Under the pieces are notes generated by a model. That model did not search any database, had not been told where the DNA came from, and saw nothing but the letters and a program-made list of their open reading frames with translations. Positions 1 through 10,194 of a stretch of DNA of 64,000 nucleotides are shown here, in pieces (positions within the stretch are counted from its first letter, which is position 1; each line of letters begins with the position of its first letter). The stretch comes from Alphaproteobacteria bacterium (GTDB lineage Bacteria; Pseudomonadota; Alphaproteobacteria; UBA7985): the NCBI GenBank assembly GCA_965229645.1, contig OZ245893.1, positions 448,323 to 512,322 on the forward strand, given 5' to 3'. The translations under genes were made by a program, and so were the position numbers.

Positions 1-1064
1 GGCCGATGGGTTCCTAAAATCACGGTGCCAAGGGTGCAGAACAGGGCGATCACTTGGATGAGGCCAGAGATGGAATCATCGCCCAGACCGCTGGCCTGCA
101 ACCAGCCTGCCCCGCCCTCCAGATACCCCAGCGCAAGGCCCGCCAGCAAGATGCCCAAGGGATGAAGCCGCCCCAGGAACGCCACGATGATGGCGGTGAA
201 ACCGTAGTTTTGCAGGAAATTGGATTGATCGACCAGATAGCCCGTATCGCCCGTCAAAAAAATCGCGCCCGCGAGGCCCGCCAGCCCGCCCGAACCCAAA
301 AAGGCGATCCAAATCGTCCCCTTGGGGGAGAATCCTGCAAACCGCTCGGCGCGCGCGCTATGGTTGGCCACCGCGAGGCGATAGCCGAGCAAAGTAAGAC
401 CCAAGACAAGCGCGACCAGGGCATAGGCCGCCCACCCCCAGAGCAGGCCCCAGTGCAATTTCGGCCCCTGGGCGAACATCGCGCTGAACTGGAGCGCCTC
501 GGGCAAGCTCTCGGTTTGGGTCGGGACGGGTTTCAGGGCCGCCGCCATCTCCCACGGGCCGTTGGACAAGTAAAACAGGAACTGCGCGCCGACGTAAACG
601 AGCATGAGGCTGACCAGCAGTTCATTGGTATTGGCCAAGGTCCTTAAAGCCGCGGGAATCGCGGCCCAGGCCATGCCGCCCGCCGCCCCCGCCAGCAAAA
701 TGATCGGCAGCGCCCAGGGCGATTGCGGCATGCCCATGCCCAACCACGCGCCAAAACCAACGATGGCGCCCAGGGCAAACTGACCTTCCGCCCCGATGTT
801 CCAGACGTTGGCGCGATACGCAATCGACAGGCCCAAGGCGATCAAGGAGAGGTAAAAGGCGGGGTTGAGCGCCTTGCCCCACTGGGTCAGCGCCCGTTCG
901 GCTTGCCACGGGAAGGTCAGCATTTGCCAAAAGGCCGCAAAAGGCTGCCCGGTCGTGAGCCAGAGGGCAAGGAAGGTCAGGACCAAGGTTAGCGCCAGGG
1001 CCAGCCCCATGGACAGAAGGCTGGCGTGCCATCCCAGGCGGCTGCGCCGTTCCCAGCGGATCAT
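1..1064 (-). CDS. ABC transporter permease (BMP/sugar-type). The start codon is at 1064 and the 3' end runs off the window.
   Basis: My translation of the minus strand from ATG 1064 is stop-free to position 1. It gives a multi-TM hydrophobic protein (…ANVWNIGAEGQFALGAIVGFGAWLG…). The start overlaps the upstream ATPase stop (ATGA). The ORF track omits it, apparently because it has no in-window stop. Confidence 0.7.
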   Translation of the reverse strand, partial: MIRWERRSRLGWHASLLSMGLALALTLVLTFLALWLTTGQPFAAFWQMLTFPWQAERALTQWGKALNPAFYLSLIALGLSIAYRANVWNIGAEGQFALGAIVGFGAWLGMGMPQSPWALPIILLAGAAGGMAWAAIPAALRTLANTNELLVSLMLVYVGAQFLFYLSNGPWEMAAALKPVPTQTESLPEALQFSAMFAQGPKLHWGLLWGWAAYALVALVLGLTLLGYRLAVANHSARAERFAGFSPKGTIWIAFLGSGGLAGLAGAIFLTGDTGYLVDQSNFLQNYGFTAIIVAFLGRLHPLGILLAGLALGYLEGGAGWLQASGLGDDSISGLIQVIALFCTLGTVILGTHR

Positions 1065-2551
1065 GCCGCCAACTCCCCCGCCATGGCCAGGCCCAAGTCG
1101 GCGACGGTCCAGGCCGCAGTGGGTCTGGCAAGGGTCAGGTCCCCGCCTGCGATCACGGCCAACCGGTCGCTCAAGGACAGCAATTCGTCCAAGTCTTGGG
1201 AGATCAGCAGGACCGCGGCCCCTTGATCGGCGCGCAGTTGGATTTCCTGGTGGATGCGGCTGGCCGCCCAGAGGTCAACGCCCCAGGTTGGTTGGTTGAT
1301 GATCAGCAAGTCCAGGCCGACATCCAACTCGCGCCCGACCACGAATTTCTGCAAGTTTCCCCCCGAAAAGCTGCGGGCGCGGGTGTGAGCATCCCCGCCG
1401 CGCACATCGAAGGCTTGGATGATCTTGTCGGCCTGATCGCGGATCCACGCGCGCCGACGCAGCAGCCGACCCACGCCCCTGTGCGGGCCTCGGGTCGCGT
1501 GCTTGGTCAGCAGGGTATTTTCGCTCAAGCGAAAATCGGGGATCGCGGCGTGTCCCAGCCGCTCCTCAGGGACAAAGCGCGCGCCGAGCGCGCGGCGTTT
1601 GCGGGTCGGCAACTTGGTCATGTCCCGATCGCGGAGCCGCAAACACCCGGCGGTGAGGGTGCCGCGCGCGGCTTCGCCCGATAAGAGAGCGAACAGGCGG
1701 TCCTGACCGTTGCCCGCGATGCCCGCCACGCCCAGAATTTCGCCCGCGTGAAGCGTCAAATCGGGGATCGAAAGACCATCGCGGGTCTGGATTCCGCGCG
1801 CTTCCAAGACCTTTGGCGCGCGATCAAAGGTGCGCACCGTTTTCTCATCGCGCGCCAATCGCTGGCCGATCATCATTTCTGCCAGCGCCTCGGTCGGGGT
1901 GTTGCGTGGGTCGCAAGTACCCACGACTTTGCCCGCGCGCAGCACGGTGGCTGCGTCGCACAGCGCCCGGACCTCGCGCATCTTGTGCGAGATAAAGATC
2001 AGGCCGCGCCCCTCATCGCGCAGGGCCTTGAGGGCGGTGAACAGCAGGTCCGCCTCCTGCGGGGTCAGGACCGACGTGGGTTCGTCGAGGACCAGCAGCT
2101 TGGGCTCGGCGAGCAAGGCGCGGACGATTTCAATGCGCTGCTTTTCTCCCGCCGATAGGGTTAGGACCAGGGCGTCGGGGTCGATGTCCAGGCCGTACGC
2201 CTGGCCCATATCCTGAATGCGCGCGCGCAGATCGGGCGGCGGCTTGGCAAGACCCAGACGAATATTCTCGAGCGCGGTCATGCCATCGAACAGGGCAAAG
2301 TGCTGCTGGACCATGCCGATGCCCAGGGCTTGCGCGTCCTGCGGGCTGGTGATCTTTACGGGCGCGCCGTCAAAGTCGATGCGGCCCTGGTCGGGCTGAA
2401 CCAGGCCGAACAGGATTTTCATCAGGGTCGATTTGCCCGCACCATTTTCGCCGAGCAAGGCATGAATTTGCCCCGCCTCCACGCGCAGATCGACCGCCTC
2501 ATTGGCCTGGACGGGTCCGTAGGCCTTGGAAATTCCCGTAAGGCGCAGCAT
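1061..2551 (-). CDS. ABC transporter ATP-binding protein with duplicated ATPase domains (sugar/nucleoside type)
   Basis: A 496-aa ORF with Walker A GENGAGKST, an LSGGQ-like LSAGEKQRI motif and a second NBD (FSGGNLQKF). Confidence 0.85.
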   Translation of the reverse strand: MLRLTGISKAYGPVQANEAVDLRVEAGQIHALLGENGAGKSTLMKILFGLVQPDQGRIDFDGAPVKITSPQDAQALGIGMVQQHFALFDGMTALENIRLGLAKPPPDLRARIQDMGQAYGLDIDPDALVLTLSAGEKQRIEIVRALLAEPKLLVLDEPTSVLTPQEADLLFTALKALRDEGRGLIFISHKMREVRALCDAATVLRAGKVVGTCDPRNTPTEALAEMMIGQRLARDEKTVRTFDRAPKVLEARGIQTRDGLSIPDLTLHAGEILGVAGIAGNGQDRLFALLSGEAARGTLTAGCLRLRDRDMTKLPTRKRRALGARFVPEERLGHAAIPDFRLSENTLLTKHATRGPHRGVGRLLRRRAWIRDQADKIIQAFDVRGGDAHTRARSFSGGNLQKFVVGRELDVGLDLLIINQPTWGVDLWAASRIHQEIQLRADQGAAVLLISQDLDELLSLSDRLAVIAGGDLTLARPTAAWTVADLGLAMAGELAA

Positions 2552-2702
2552 GGGCGGCGGCTAACAGGCTTGTTGGTGGTTGCCAAGCCACCGTCTGTGG
2601 GTAAGGGGGGGCTATGGTTCGGACACGTGCACACCCCAAGGTGCCGACAAGGCCAGGCAAGGCGCAGGGCGCAGAACTCTGCCTGACCTTGGGGCAGGCC
2701 CT

Positions 2703-4781
2703 ATGACCTATCGCCTGGGCGTCGATATAGGCGGGACCTTTACCGATGTGGTGTTGGAGGGCGCGGGTGCCTTGACGAGCGCTAAGGTTTTAACGACCCA
2801 TGGCGCCCCCGAAACGGCGATCTTGACGGGAATGGCCCAGGTCTGCGATCAGGCAGGTATTGCGCCAAGCCAGATCCGCCAGATGATCCACGGGACCACC
2901 CTGGCGACCAACGCCCTGATCGAGCGCAAGGGGGCCAAGACGGCGCTGGTGACGACCCAAGGGTTTCGCGACGTCATCGAGATGCGCACCGAATCGCGGT
3001 TTGAGCAGTACGACCTCAATCTTGAGTTGCCCGCGCCTTTGCTGGCGCGCAACCACCGATACGCGATAGAGGAGCGCATGGCGGCGACGGGGCAGGTCTT
3101 AAGGCCGCTGAACGTTGATCAGCTTGCGGGACTGGTACAGACGCTCAAAGCTGCGGCGTACGAGTCCATCGCCATCGGGTTCCTTCACGCCTACGCCAAC
3201 CCAGTGCACGAACGGCAGGTGGCGGCCGCTTTGGCCGAGGCCTTGCCTGGGGTGCATCTGTCCTTGTCCGCCGAGGTCAGCCCGCAAATGCGCGAGTACG
3301 AGCGGTTCACGACCACGGCGGCCAACGCCTATATCAAGCCGCTGATGAAGTCCTACCTCTCGCGCCTCGCCGCGCGGCTGGCGGCCGCAGGTATGGGCGG
3401 GGACATCTTCCTGATGCACTCGGGCGGCGGGTTGATGAGCCTCGACGACGCCGCAGAATTCCCCGTGCGGTTGGTCGAATCAGGGCCCGCTGGGGGCGCG
3501 GTGTTCGCGGCGCACTTGGCGCGTACCTATGGGCTCGACAAGGTCCTGTCCTTCGACATGGGCGGAACCACGGCCAAAATTTGCCTGATCCAGAACCAAA
3601 CCCCGAAAACGGCGCGGGTCTTTGAGGTCGCTCGGTCGAGCGGATTTAAGAAGGGGAGCGGCATGCCCATTTCCATTCCCGTCATTGACATGGTGGAAAT
3701 TGGTGCAGGCGGCGGGTCCCTAGGACACGTTGATCGCCTATCGCAAATTCGCGTCGGCCCCAAGTCGGCAGGCTCGGAGCCTGGTCCTGCCTGCTATGGC
3801 CGCGGCGGTCGCCAGCCTGGCGTCACCGACGCTGACCTGGTGCTGGGTAAATTGACCGCCGAGGGGTTCGCGGGCGGCAAAATCCCCCTGGATGTGGCGG
3901 CGGCGGAGGCGGCGCTGGTCGCGGAAATTGGCACGCCTTTGGACATGTCGCCCGTGCAAGCGGCCCACGGCATGGCCGAGGTCGTCGATGAGAATATGGC
4001 CAACGCTGCCCGCGTTCATGCCGTCGAAAATGGCGAAGACTTGTCGGGCTATACCATGATCGCGTTCGGCGGCGCGGCCCCTCTGCACGCTGGGCGCTTG
4101 TGCGAGAAACTGGGCATAGGAACCTGCCTGGTCCCCGCAGGCGCTGGGGTCGGGTCGGCCTTGGGGTTTTTGCACGCGCCCTTTAGTTTCGAGGCGACGC
4201 GCACCCGCTACATGCCCTTGCACGAGTTCGACGCAGCAGCGGTGATGGCCCTGCTTGCCGAAATGGCGGGCGAAGCCGAAGGGTTTGTGCGAACCTGCGC
4301 GCAGGACCAGCCCATCGACACCGCCTACCACGCCTTCATGCGCTACCAGGGGCAAGGCTGGGAAATTCCCGTCGCCATTGACGCCGCCATGGCCGCGGAC
4401 CCGACGGCGCAGAGGTTTCTGGCCGCGTTCGAGGCGGCCTATGCGGCCTTGTTTGCGCGTACTGTGGCGGGTTTAGCGGTCGAAATTGTCCTTTGGTCGG
4501 CCAAAGCCAGCACCCCGCCCAAGCTGCCCGAGACCCTTGCGCCGCTGGCCTTTGACTCCTCAGCGCCTGCCGAGGCCGCGCGCGCCATCTTTGATCCCGC
4601 GCTGGGCGCGTTCGTCGAGGGCCAAGAGGTCGGGCGTGCGGCCCTGGCCCCTGGGGCCGGTATCGTGGGGCCCGCCGCTATCACCGAAACCGAAACGACC
4701 CTGATCGTACCCGCCTCGCGGCACGTGGTCGGGCAAAGCGATGGCACCTTGCGCATGTCGGAACGGGAGATGAGCCTATGA
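2703..4781 (+). CDS. Hydantoinase/oxoprolinase A subunit (HyuA family)
   Basis: It starts MTYRLGVDIGGTFTDVV, the typical hydantoinase A N-terminus. The track ORF begins upstream at 2580, but the conserved start is the ATG at 2703. Confidence 0.85.
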   Translation: MTYRLGVDIGGTFTDVVLEGAGALTSAKVLTTHGAPETAILTGMAQVCDQAGIAPSQIRQMIHGTTLATNALIERKGAKTALVTTQGFRDVIEMRTESRFEQYDLNLELPAPLLARNHRYAIEERMAATGQVLRPLNVDQLAGLVQTLKAAAYESIAIGFLHAYANPVHERQVAAALAEALPGVHLSLSAEVSPQMREYERFTTTAANAYIKPLMKSYLSRLAARLAAAGMGGDIFLMHSGGGLMSLDDAAEFPVRLVESGPAGGAVFAAHLARTYGLDKVLSFDMGGTTAKICLIQNQTPKTARVFEVARSSGFKKGSGMPISIPVIDMVEIGAGGGSLGHVDRLSQIRVGPKSAGSEPGPACYGRGGRQPGVTDADLVLGKLTAEGFAGGKIPLDVAAAEAALVAEIGTPLDMSPVQAAHGMAEVVDENMANAARVHAVENGEDLSGYTMIAFGGAAPLHAGRLCEKLGIGTCLVPAGAGVGSALGFLHAPFSFEATRTRYMPLHEFDAAAVMALLAEMAGEAEGFVRTCAQDQPIDTAYHAFMRYQGQGWEIPVAIDAAMAADPTAQRFLAAFEAAYAALFARTVAGLAVEIVLWSAKASTPPKLPETLAPLAFDSSAPAEAARAIFDPALGAFVEGQEVGRAALAPGAGIVGPAAITETETTLIVPASRHVVGQSDGTLRMSEREMSL

Positions 4782-6460
4782 GCCGTGCGGTTTCCTACCA
4801 GATCATGTGGAATCGCCTCATCTCCCTCGTTGAGGAACAGGCCCAAGCCCTGATCCGCACCGCGTTTTCCACCTCGGTCCGCGAAGCCGGCGACCTGTCG
4901 GCGGGGGTCTACGACGTCCAAGGCCGCATGATCGCCCAGGCCGTGACGGGGACGCCTGGCCATGTCAACGCTATGGCTGCGGCGGTGGCGCACTTCATGT
5001 GGCGGATCGGTGTCGAGACCATGGCGCCAGGCGATGTTTATATCACGAATGACCCTTGGGAGGGGACGGGGCATTTGCACGACATTACCGTTGTCACCCC
5101 GACCTTTGTGGAGCAGCGCTTGATCGGCTTTTTTGCCGCCACGGCGCACATCGTCGATATAGGCGGACGCGGTTGGGGCCCCGATGCCAATTCGATCTAC
5201 GAGGAAGGGCTCTATATCCCCCAGATGCGGTTTCTAGATCGCGGGCAGGTGAACCAAACCTTGCTCCAGATCATTCGCGCCAACGTGCGCGAACCCGACC
5301 AGTTGGTCGGCGATGTCTATGCGCTGGCAACTTGCAACGACATCGGTCAGGCGCGGCTCAAGGCCATGATGGCGGAGTTTGCCTTGCAGGACTTGGAGGC
5401 CATTGCGGCCTATATTTTCGACCGCTCGCGCGAAGCAACGGTTGCGGCCCTTGCGGCCCTGCCCAAGGCGGACGCGGCCTACGCCGCGCAAATCGACGGC
5501 TACGCCGCGCCCGTGACCCTGGCCGTGAGGCTCGAGGCCCAGGGCGAGCGCCTGATCTGCGACTTCACGGGGACGAGCGGTCTCGACCCTAAAGGCATCA
5601 ATGTGCCGCTGGTCTATACTGAGGCCTATGCGTGTTACGCGCTGAAGTGCGCCCTTGCGCCCGACATTCCCAACAACTGGGCCTCGCTCGCGCCGTTCCA
5701 GGTCATCGCGCCCGAAAACTGCATCCTAAACGCGGTTCATCCCGCCCCTGTGGCGCTGCGTCATGTCATCGGTCACATGATCCCCGACGTGGTTTACGGC
5801 GCGCTCGACCAGCTGGTTCCTGGCATCGTCCCTGCCGAAGGGGCGGGAGCCTTGTGCAATTTTCAGGTGTCGCTTCGGCCCTTGGGCGCGGGGCAGCGGG
5901 CCGAGGTCTTGACCTTCAACTCGGGCGGGTCAGGCGCACGACCCGCGCGCGACGGCATGAATACGACCGCCTTCCCCTCGGGCGTTATGACCATGCCAGT
6001 GGAGGCGACCGAACAGGCGGGTCCCGTCCTGATCCACCGCAAAGAACTGCGGCCCGACAGCGGCGGCGCGGGGCAGCATCGCGGCGGCCTCGGCCAATAC
6101 ATGTCGGTGGGGGCCTTGGCGGGCTATGCGTTCGATTTCAGCGCCATGTTTGACCGGGTCGATCATCCCGCGGCGGGACGCCAAGGCGGCGGCCTGGGCG
6201 CGCCGACCTTTATTCGCCACCACGACGGCACCGCCATGCGCGGCAAGGGGCGGCAGCCCGTCCCGCCAGGAACGATTGTCGAAATGGGGTTTCCTGGCGG
6301 CGGCGGGTACGGCGACCCCGCGCACCGCGACCAGGCCGCGGTACGGCGCGATTTGGGGCTCGGCTACATCAGCGCGGCGGTGGCGCAACGCGACTACGGT
6401 CTGTCGGACGCGGACGTGGCGCAGGTTCGCGCGCGGGTCGCGGCGGGGGAGGATTTGTGA
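4778..6460 (+). CDS. Hydantoinase B/oxoprolinase subunit (HyuB family)
   Basis: A 560-aa ORF that overlaps hyuA by ATGA. Its N-terminus MSRAVSYQIMWNRLISLVEEQAQ is characteristic of hydantoinase B. Confidence 0.85.
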   Translation: MSRAVSYQIMWNRLISLVEEQAQALIRTAFSTSVREAGDLSAGVYDVQGRMIAQAVTGTPGHVNAMAAAVAHFMWRIGVETMAPGDVYITNDPWEGTGHLHDITVVTPTFVEQRLIGFFAATAHIVDIGGRGWGPDANSIYEEGLYIPQMRFLDRGQVNQTLLQIIRANVREPDQLVGDVYALATCNDIGQARLKAMMAEFALQDLEAIAAYIFDRSREATVAALAALPKADAAYAAQIDGYAAPVTLAVRLEAQGERLICDFTGTSGLDPKGINVPLVYTEAYACYALKCALAPDIPNNWASLAPFQVIAPENCILNAVHPAPVALRHVIGHMIPDVVYGALDQLVPGIVPAEGAGALCNFQVSLRPLGAGQRAEVLTFNSGGSGARPARDGMNTTAFPSGVMTMPVEATEQAGPVLIHRKELRPDSGGAGQHRGGLGQYMSVGALAGYAFDFSAMFDRVDHPAAGRQGGGLGAPTFIRHHDGTAMRGKGRQPVPPGTIVEMGFPGGGGYGDPAHRDQAAVRRDLGLGYISAAVAQRDYGLSDADVAQVRARVAAGEDL

Positions 6461-6612
6461 TACCAGCGGTGAATGGGAATGACTCGAATGATCCCTGGTA
6501 TAAGGGCCGCGACTGCGGCCCCCGCAGCGGCCCCGAGAATAGCGGACACGCGCCTCGGGGTATAAGCGAAGGCCCCGTCGGAGGCGAAACGCGGGCGTTT
6601 CTGCCGTGAGAC
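6461..6612 (+). repeat. Structured GC-rich interspersed element of about 150 bp, copy 1
   Basis: It is about 88% identical to the reverse complement of 19547-19700. It contains internal hairpins (GGGCCGC-gact-GCGGCCC and GAAACGC-ggg-CGTTTC) and a duplicated GGTATAAG motif. Confidence 0.6.
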
Positions 6613-7826
6613 ATAAAACAGCGTTTCACGCGCCCCTGAAGACCCGCTACGACGTCGTGATCGTGGGCGGGGCCATCTACGGGTCGGCGGTGGCCTGGTT
6701 CTTGGCGGACAATCCCGATTTCGACGGGTCGATTTTGGTCGTCGAAATGGACCCCAGTTACGAATTCTGCTCGACCAGCCACACCAACTCGTGCCTGCGT
6801 CAGCAGTTCAGCCAGCGCCTCAATGTGCAAATCTCGCAATTCGCGGCGGCCTATATCAAGGATTTTCCCGCCCGCATGGGCGGGGATGCGCGCGTTCCGC
6901 CAGTGACCCTAAATTCCTACGGTTACATGTACCTGGCGGACACACCCGCGTTTGCGGCGCAGTTGCGGGCCGCGCATAGCGTTCAGGCCGCCTGCGGCGC
7001 AGCGACCCGCCACATGACACCCGCGCAGATCGCGGCGGCCTATCCCTTTTACCATCTGGACGACATCGTGGCGGGCAACCACAATCGCGTCGATGAGGGC
7101 TATTTTGACGGGCCGACGCTCTTTACCTGGTGGCGACGCCTGTCCCAAGAACGCGGGGTCGAATACTGCTGCAACCGCGTCGTCGCCATGGAAACCAATG
7201 CCCAAGGGACGCAGGTGGAACGCCTGACCCTAGAAACGGGGGTGCAGATCGCCTGCGGGACGGTCGTCAACGCCTCGGGGCCGCGCGCGGCGGAGACCAG
7301 CGCCATGGCGGGCCTCGAAATCCCCGTCGAGCCGCGCAAGCGCTTTACCTTCATTTTTGACGCGCAAACCCCGCTCGACCAAGACTTGCCCCTGACCATC
7401 GACCCCTCGGGCGTGCATGTGCGCAGCGATGGGCGCGCTTATTTGGCTGGCTGCGCCCCCGACGACGATGGACCTGTGGCCCCAGATGACTTTGGTATGG
7501 ACAACGACATCTGGCAAGACAAAGCCTGGCCGATCTTAGCCCACCGCATCCCCGCGTTTGAGGCGATCAAGCTGACCCGATCTTGGGTCGGGCACTATGC
7601 TTTCAACCGGCTCGATCAAAACGCCATCGTCGGTCCCCATAGCGGCGTTTCTAACTTCCTATTCATCAATGGGTTTTCGGGCCATGGCTTGCAGCAGTCG
7701 CCAGCGCTCGGGCGCGGTCTTGCCGAATGGATCACCTACGGCGCCTACCGTAGCTTGGATTTGAGTCCCCTAGGCTACGCCCGCATCGAACGGGGCGCGC
7801 CCTTTGTGGAGGCTGCCGTCATATGA
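6606..7826 (+). CDS. FAD-dependent oxidoreductase (DadA/sarcosine-oxidase-beta-like)
   Basis: A 406-aa ORF whose N-terminus YDVVIVGGAIYGSAVAWFLA is a dinucleotide-binding fold. Its GTG start lies inside the repeat element. Confidence 0.75.
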   Translation: MRHKTAFHAPLKTRYDVVIVGGAIYGSAVAWFLADNPDFDGSILVVEMDPSYEFCSTSHTNSCLRQQFSQRLNVQISQFAAAYIKDFPARMGGDARVPPVTLNSYGYMYLADTPAFAAQLRAAHSVQAACGAATRHMTPAQIAAAYPFYHLDDIVAGNHNRVDEGYFDGPTLFTWWRRLSQERGVEYCCNRVVAMETNAQGTQVERLTLETGVQIACGTVVNASGPRAAETSAMAGLEIPVEPRKRFTFIFDAQTPLDQDLPLTIDPSGVHVRSDGRAYLAGCAPDDDGPVAPDDFGMDNDIWQDKAWPILAHRIPAFEAIKLTRSWVGHYAFNRLDQNAIVGPHSGVSNFLFINGFSGHGLQQSPALGRGLAEWITYGAYRSLDLSPLGYARIERGAPFVEAAVI

Positions 7827-8998
7827 TCGCCCTCTCTTCGCGCTTGGACGGCGTTGCTGCCTCCGCCTCCGCCGACATATCGCAGCGCGTCCGCGCCTTG
7901 CGGGCGACGGGGCGCGACCTGATCGACTTGGGCATCGGTCAGCCCGATTTTGATACCCCCGCGCACATCATTGAGGCCGCGCACCGCGCCGCACTCGACG
8001 GGCAAACCCGCTATCCGCCCACCAGCGGCACCGCGGCCTTGAAACAGGCGGTGGCGGAGAAGTTTCAGCGCGACAACGGCTTGAACTATGGCCCCGACCA
8101 AATCTTGATCTCGAACGGCGCCAAGCAAATCCTGTTCAACGGGCTTATGGCAACGCTGGAGGCAGGGGACGAGGTCCTGCTCTGCGCGCCTTACTTTGAT
8201 TCCTATGCCTCCATCGTGCGGGTCTTGGGCGGCGTTCCCGTGGCGCTGCCCGTGCGCGAGGCCGACGGGTTTGTGTTGCAACCGGCCGATCTCGCCGCCG
8301 CGATCACGCCGCGCACCCGCTGGCTGCTGCTCAATTCGCCTGGCAATCCGACGGGCGCTGTCTATGGCCAGGGCGACTATGCGGCGCTGGAACCCGTGCT
8401 GGCTAAGCACGAGCGGGTTGGGATCATGAGCGATGAGATTTACGAGCACATCGTTTTTGATGGCGTTCGACACATGAGCTTCGCCGCCGCCTGCCCGTCG
8501 CTGTTGGATCGAACCCTGACCGTCAACGGCGCGTCCAAGGCCTACGCCATGACGGGCTGGCGCATCGGCTACGGCGGCGGCCCTGCGGACTTGATCAAGG
8601 CCATGGGCGTTGTGCAATCGCAAATTTGCTCAGGCGCCTGTTCGATTGCGCAAGCGGCGGCGGTGGCGGCGCTGACGGGGCCGCAGGACTTCGTGCGCCA
8701 GGCCTGCGCGGCCTACCAGGCGCGGCGCGATCTGGTGGTCGCGGGGATTGCAGGGATTCCAGGCTTAAGTTTGCGCCCGCCAGGGGGGGCATTTTACGCG
8801 CTCATCAACGTTGCGGGGCTGCCCTTTGATACCGACCGTGCGGCGGCACGCTTCTTTTTAGAAACGGCAGGCGTTGCGGGGGTGCCTGGGCATGTCTACG
8901 GCTTGTCGCCGTTTTTCCGACTTTCCCTGGCCGCGTCGGAATCTGCCTTGACCGAAGGGATCGAACGCATGACACGAGCCATAAGGACAGAGCTATGA
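7823..8998 (+). CDS. Pyridoxal-phosphate aminotransferase class I/II (aspartate aminotransferase-like)
   Basis: NSPGNPTGAVY and SKAYAMTGWRIGY motifs, 391 aa, with an ATGA overlap to the upstream gene. Confidence 0.85.
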   Translation: MIALSSRLDGVAASASADISQRVRALRATGRDLIDLGIGQPDFDTPAHIIEAAHRAALDGQTRYPPTSGTAALKQAVAEKFQRDNGLNYGPDQILISNGAKQILFNGLMATLEAGDEVLLCAPYFDSYASIVRVLGGVPVALPVREADGFVLQPADLAAAITPRTRWLLLNSPGNPTGAVYGQGDYAALEPVLAKHERVGIMSDEIYEHIVFDGVRHMSFAAACPSLLDRTLTVNGASKAYAMTGWRIGYGGGPADLIKAMGVVQSQICSGACSIAQAAAVAALTGPQDFVRQACAAYQARRDLVVAGIAGIPGLSLRPPGGAFYALINVAGLPFDTDRAAARFFLETAGVAGVPGHVYGLSPFFRLSLAASESALTEGIERMTRAIRTEL

Positions 8999-9837
8999 GC
9001 AAACTCACAAAACTGGTTTTGACGGGTGCGGCGGGCGCGCTCGGCACCCAACTACGCGCACCCTTGGCCGCCCTCTGCGACACGCTGGTCTCGACCGACC
9101 AAGTAGAAAGCCTCGGCGACTTGTACGAACGCGAAACCTATGTTCAGGCCGACTTGGGCGATCTGGCCGCCATGCGGGCCGTGTGCGCGGGCGCGCATAT
9201 GGTCGTCCACTTTGGCGCCATCGGCAACGAAGCGCCTTTTGACCAAATCCTCCATTCCAATATCGTCGGCGCCTACAATGTGTGGGAGGCTGCCTACGCC
9301 GCCGGCGCGCGACGGGTGGTCTATGCCAGCTCGATCCACGCGGTGGGCATGTACCCCAAACAGACCCGCATCGGGACCGACGTACCCCATCGCCCCGATA
9401 CCTTCTACGGTCTGGCCAAGTGCTTCGCCGAAGACTTGGGGCGGCTCTATTGGGAAAAGCGCGGCTTAGAGTCGGTGCATCTGCGGATCCTCTCGTGCAG
9501 CGGCCCCGTCACCAACGCCCGCGCCTTGGGGTCCTGGTTGTCCTACGGGGACCTGATCCAGCTCGTGCAACGATCGCTCGAGGCCCCGACGGTCGGCTTT
9601 AGTCTCGTCTACGGGGTGTCCAACAACGACCGCACACCCGTTGACAACAGCGCCGCACAATTCTTGGGCTATCGTCCGCAGGACAACGCCGAGGTCTTTG
9701 CGAAGGAAATTCTGGCCAAAGAGCCCCTCCACGACCCCCAAGACCCTGGCCATATGTGCCAAGGCGGCCCCTTTGCCTCCGCCGCGCTGGGCAGCAGCGG
9801 GATCGTTACGGTCAATCGGGAAACGGAAGAGGCTTAG
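8995..9837 (+). CDS. NAD-dependent epimerase/dehydratase, uronate dehydrogenase-like
   Basis: LVLTGAAGALG Rossmann motif. FGAIGNEAPFDQILHSNIVGAYNVWEAA and YASSIHAVGMYP resemble Udh-family proteins. Confidence 0.7.
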   Translation: MSKLTKLVLTGAAGALGTQLRAPLAALCDTLVSTDQVESLGDLYERETYVQADLGDLAAMRAVCAGAHMVVHFGAIGNEAPFDQILHSNIVGAYNVWEAAYAAGARRVVYASSIHAVGMYPKQTRIGTDVPHRPDTFYGLAKCFAEDLGRLYWEKRGLESVHLRILSCSGPVTNARALGSWLSYGDLIQLVQRSLEAPTVGFSLVYGVSNNDRTPVDNSAAQFLGYRPQDNAEVFAKEILAKEPLHDPQDPGHMCQGGPFASAALGSSGIVTVNRETEEA

Positions 9838-10189
9838 GGCGCGCAAGCCAGCTGCGTTGAATCGCGAGATTGCGGAGTTTTTTCGCGATTTTTTTTGACT
9901 GATTCCGATCGAAACGATCAAAATCAATCACATGATGTGCTGGGTTGTCGGGTAGGGGATCGTCGCGTGTTGCCAGGCCCTGAGAAATGCATTCATCCTT
10001 GCTGACGCCCAAGACGCCTACGGTGCGCATTCCTCTACGAATCGCGGCACGCAAACATCCTTGGGCATCTATCCTGTCTTCCGTATCAACCGAAAGCTGT
10101 CCGTGATCTTTGGGCATGGGACAGAAGTTCTCGCTGCTGACACCTTGATTTTGCGGGTTATATTTTTTCGGATCAATCTGACGAAACAA
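9812..10189 (-). CDS. Hypothetical protein (low-GC islet). The start is uncertain and it overlaps the 3' end of the udh-like gene.
   Basis: A 125-aa ORF in lower-GC DNA with no recognisable motif. Confidence 0.3.
   Translation of the reverse strand: MFRQIDPKKYNPQNQGVSSENFCPMPKDHGQLSVDTEDRIDAQGCLRAAIRRGMRTVGVLGVSKDECISQGLATRDDPLPDNPAHHVIDFDRFDRNQSKKIAKKLRNLAIQRSWLARPKPLPFPD
9860..9897 (+). terminator. Possible rho-independent terminator after the udh-like gene
   Basis: AATCGCGA…TCGCGATT inverted repeat followed by a T run (TTTTTTTTGA). The loop is long at 14 nt, so this is a weak call. Confidence 0.3.
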
Positions 10190-10194
10190 AAGGG

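Noticed and set aside
54-1299. Several plus- and minus-strand ORFs from the track (54..647, 622..1131, 865..1299 and others) with proline/arginine/glycine-rich products
   Set aside because: These are wrong-frame or antisense reading frames of high-GC DNA. The real gene here is the minus-strand ABC permease, which is stop-free from 1064 to the window edge, and the track omits it only because it lacks an in-window stop.
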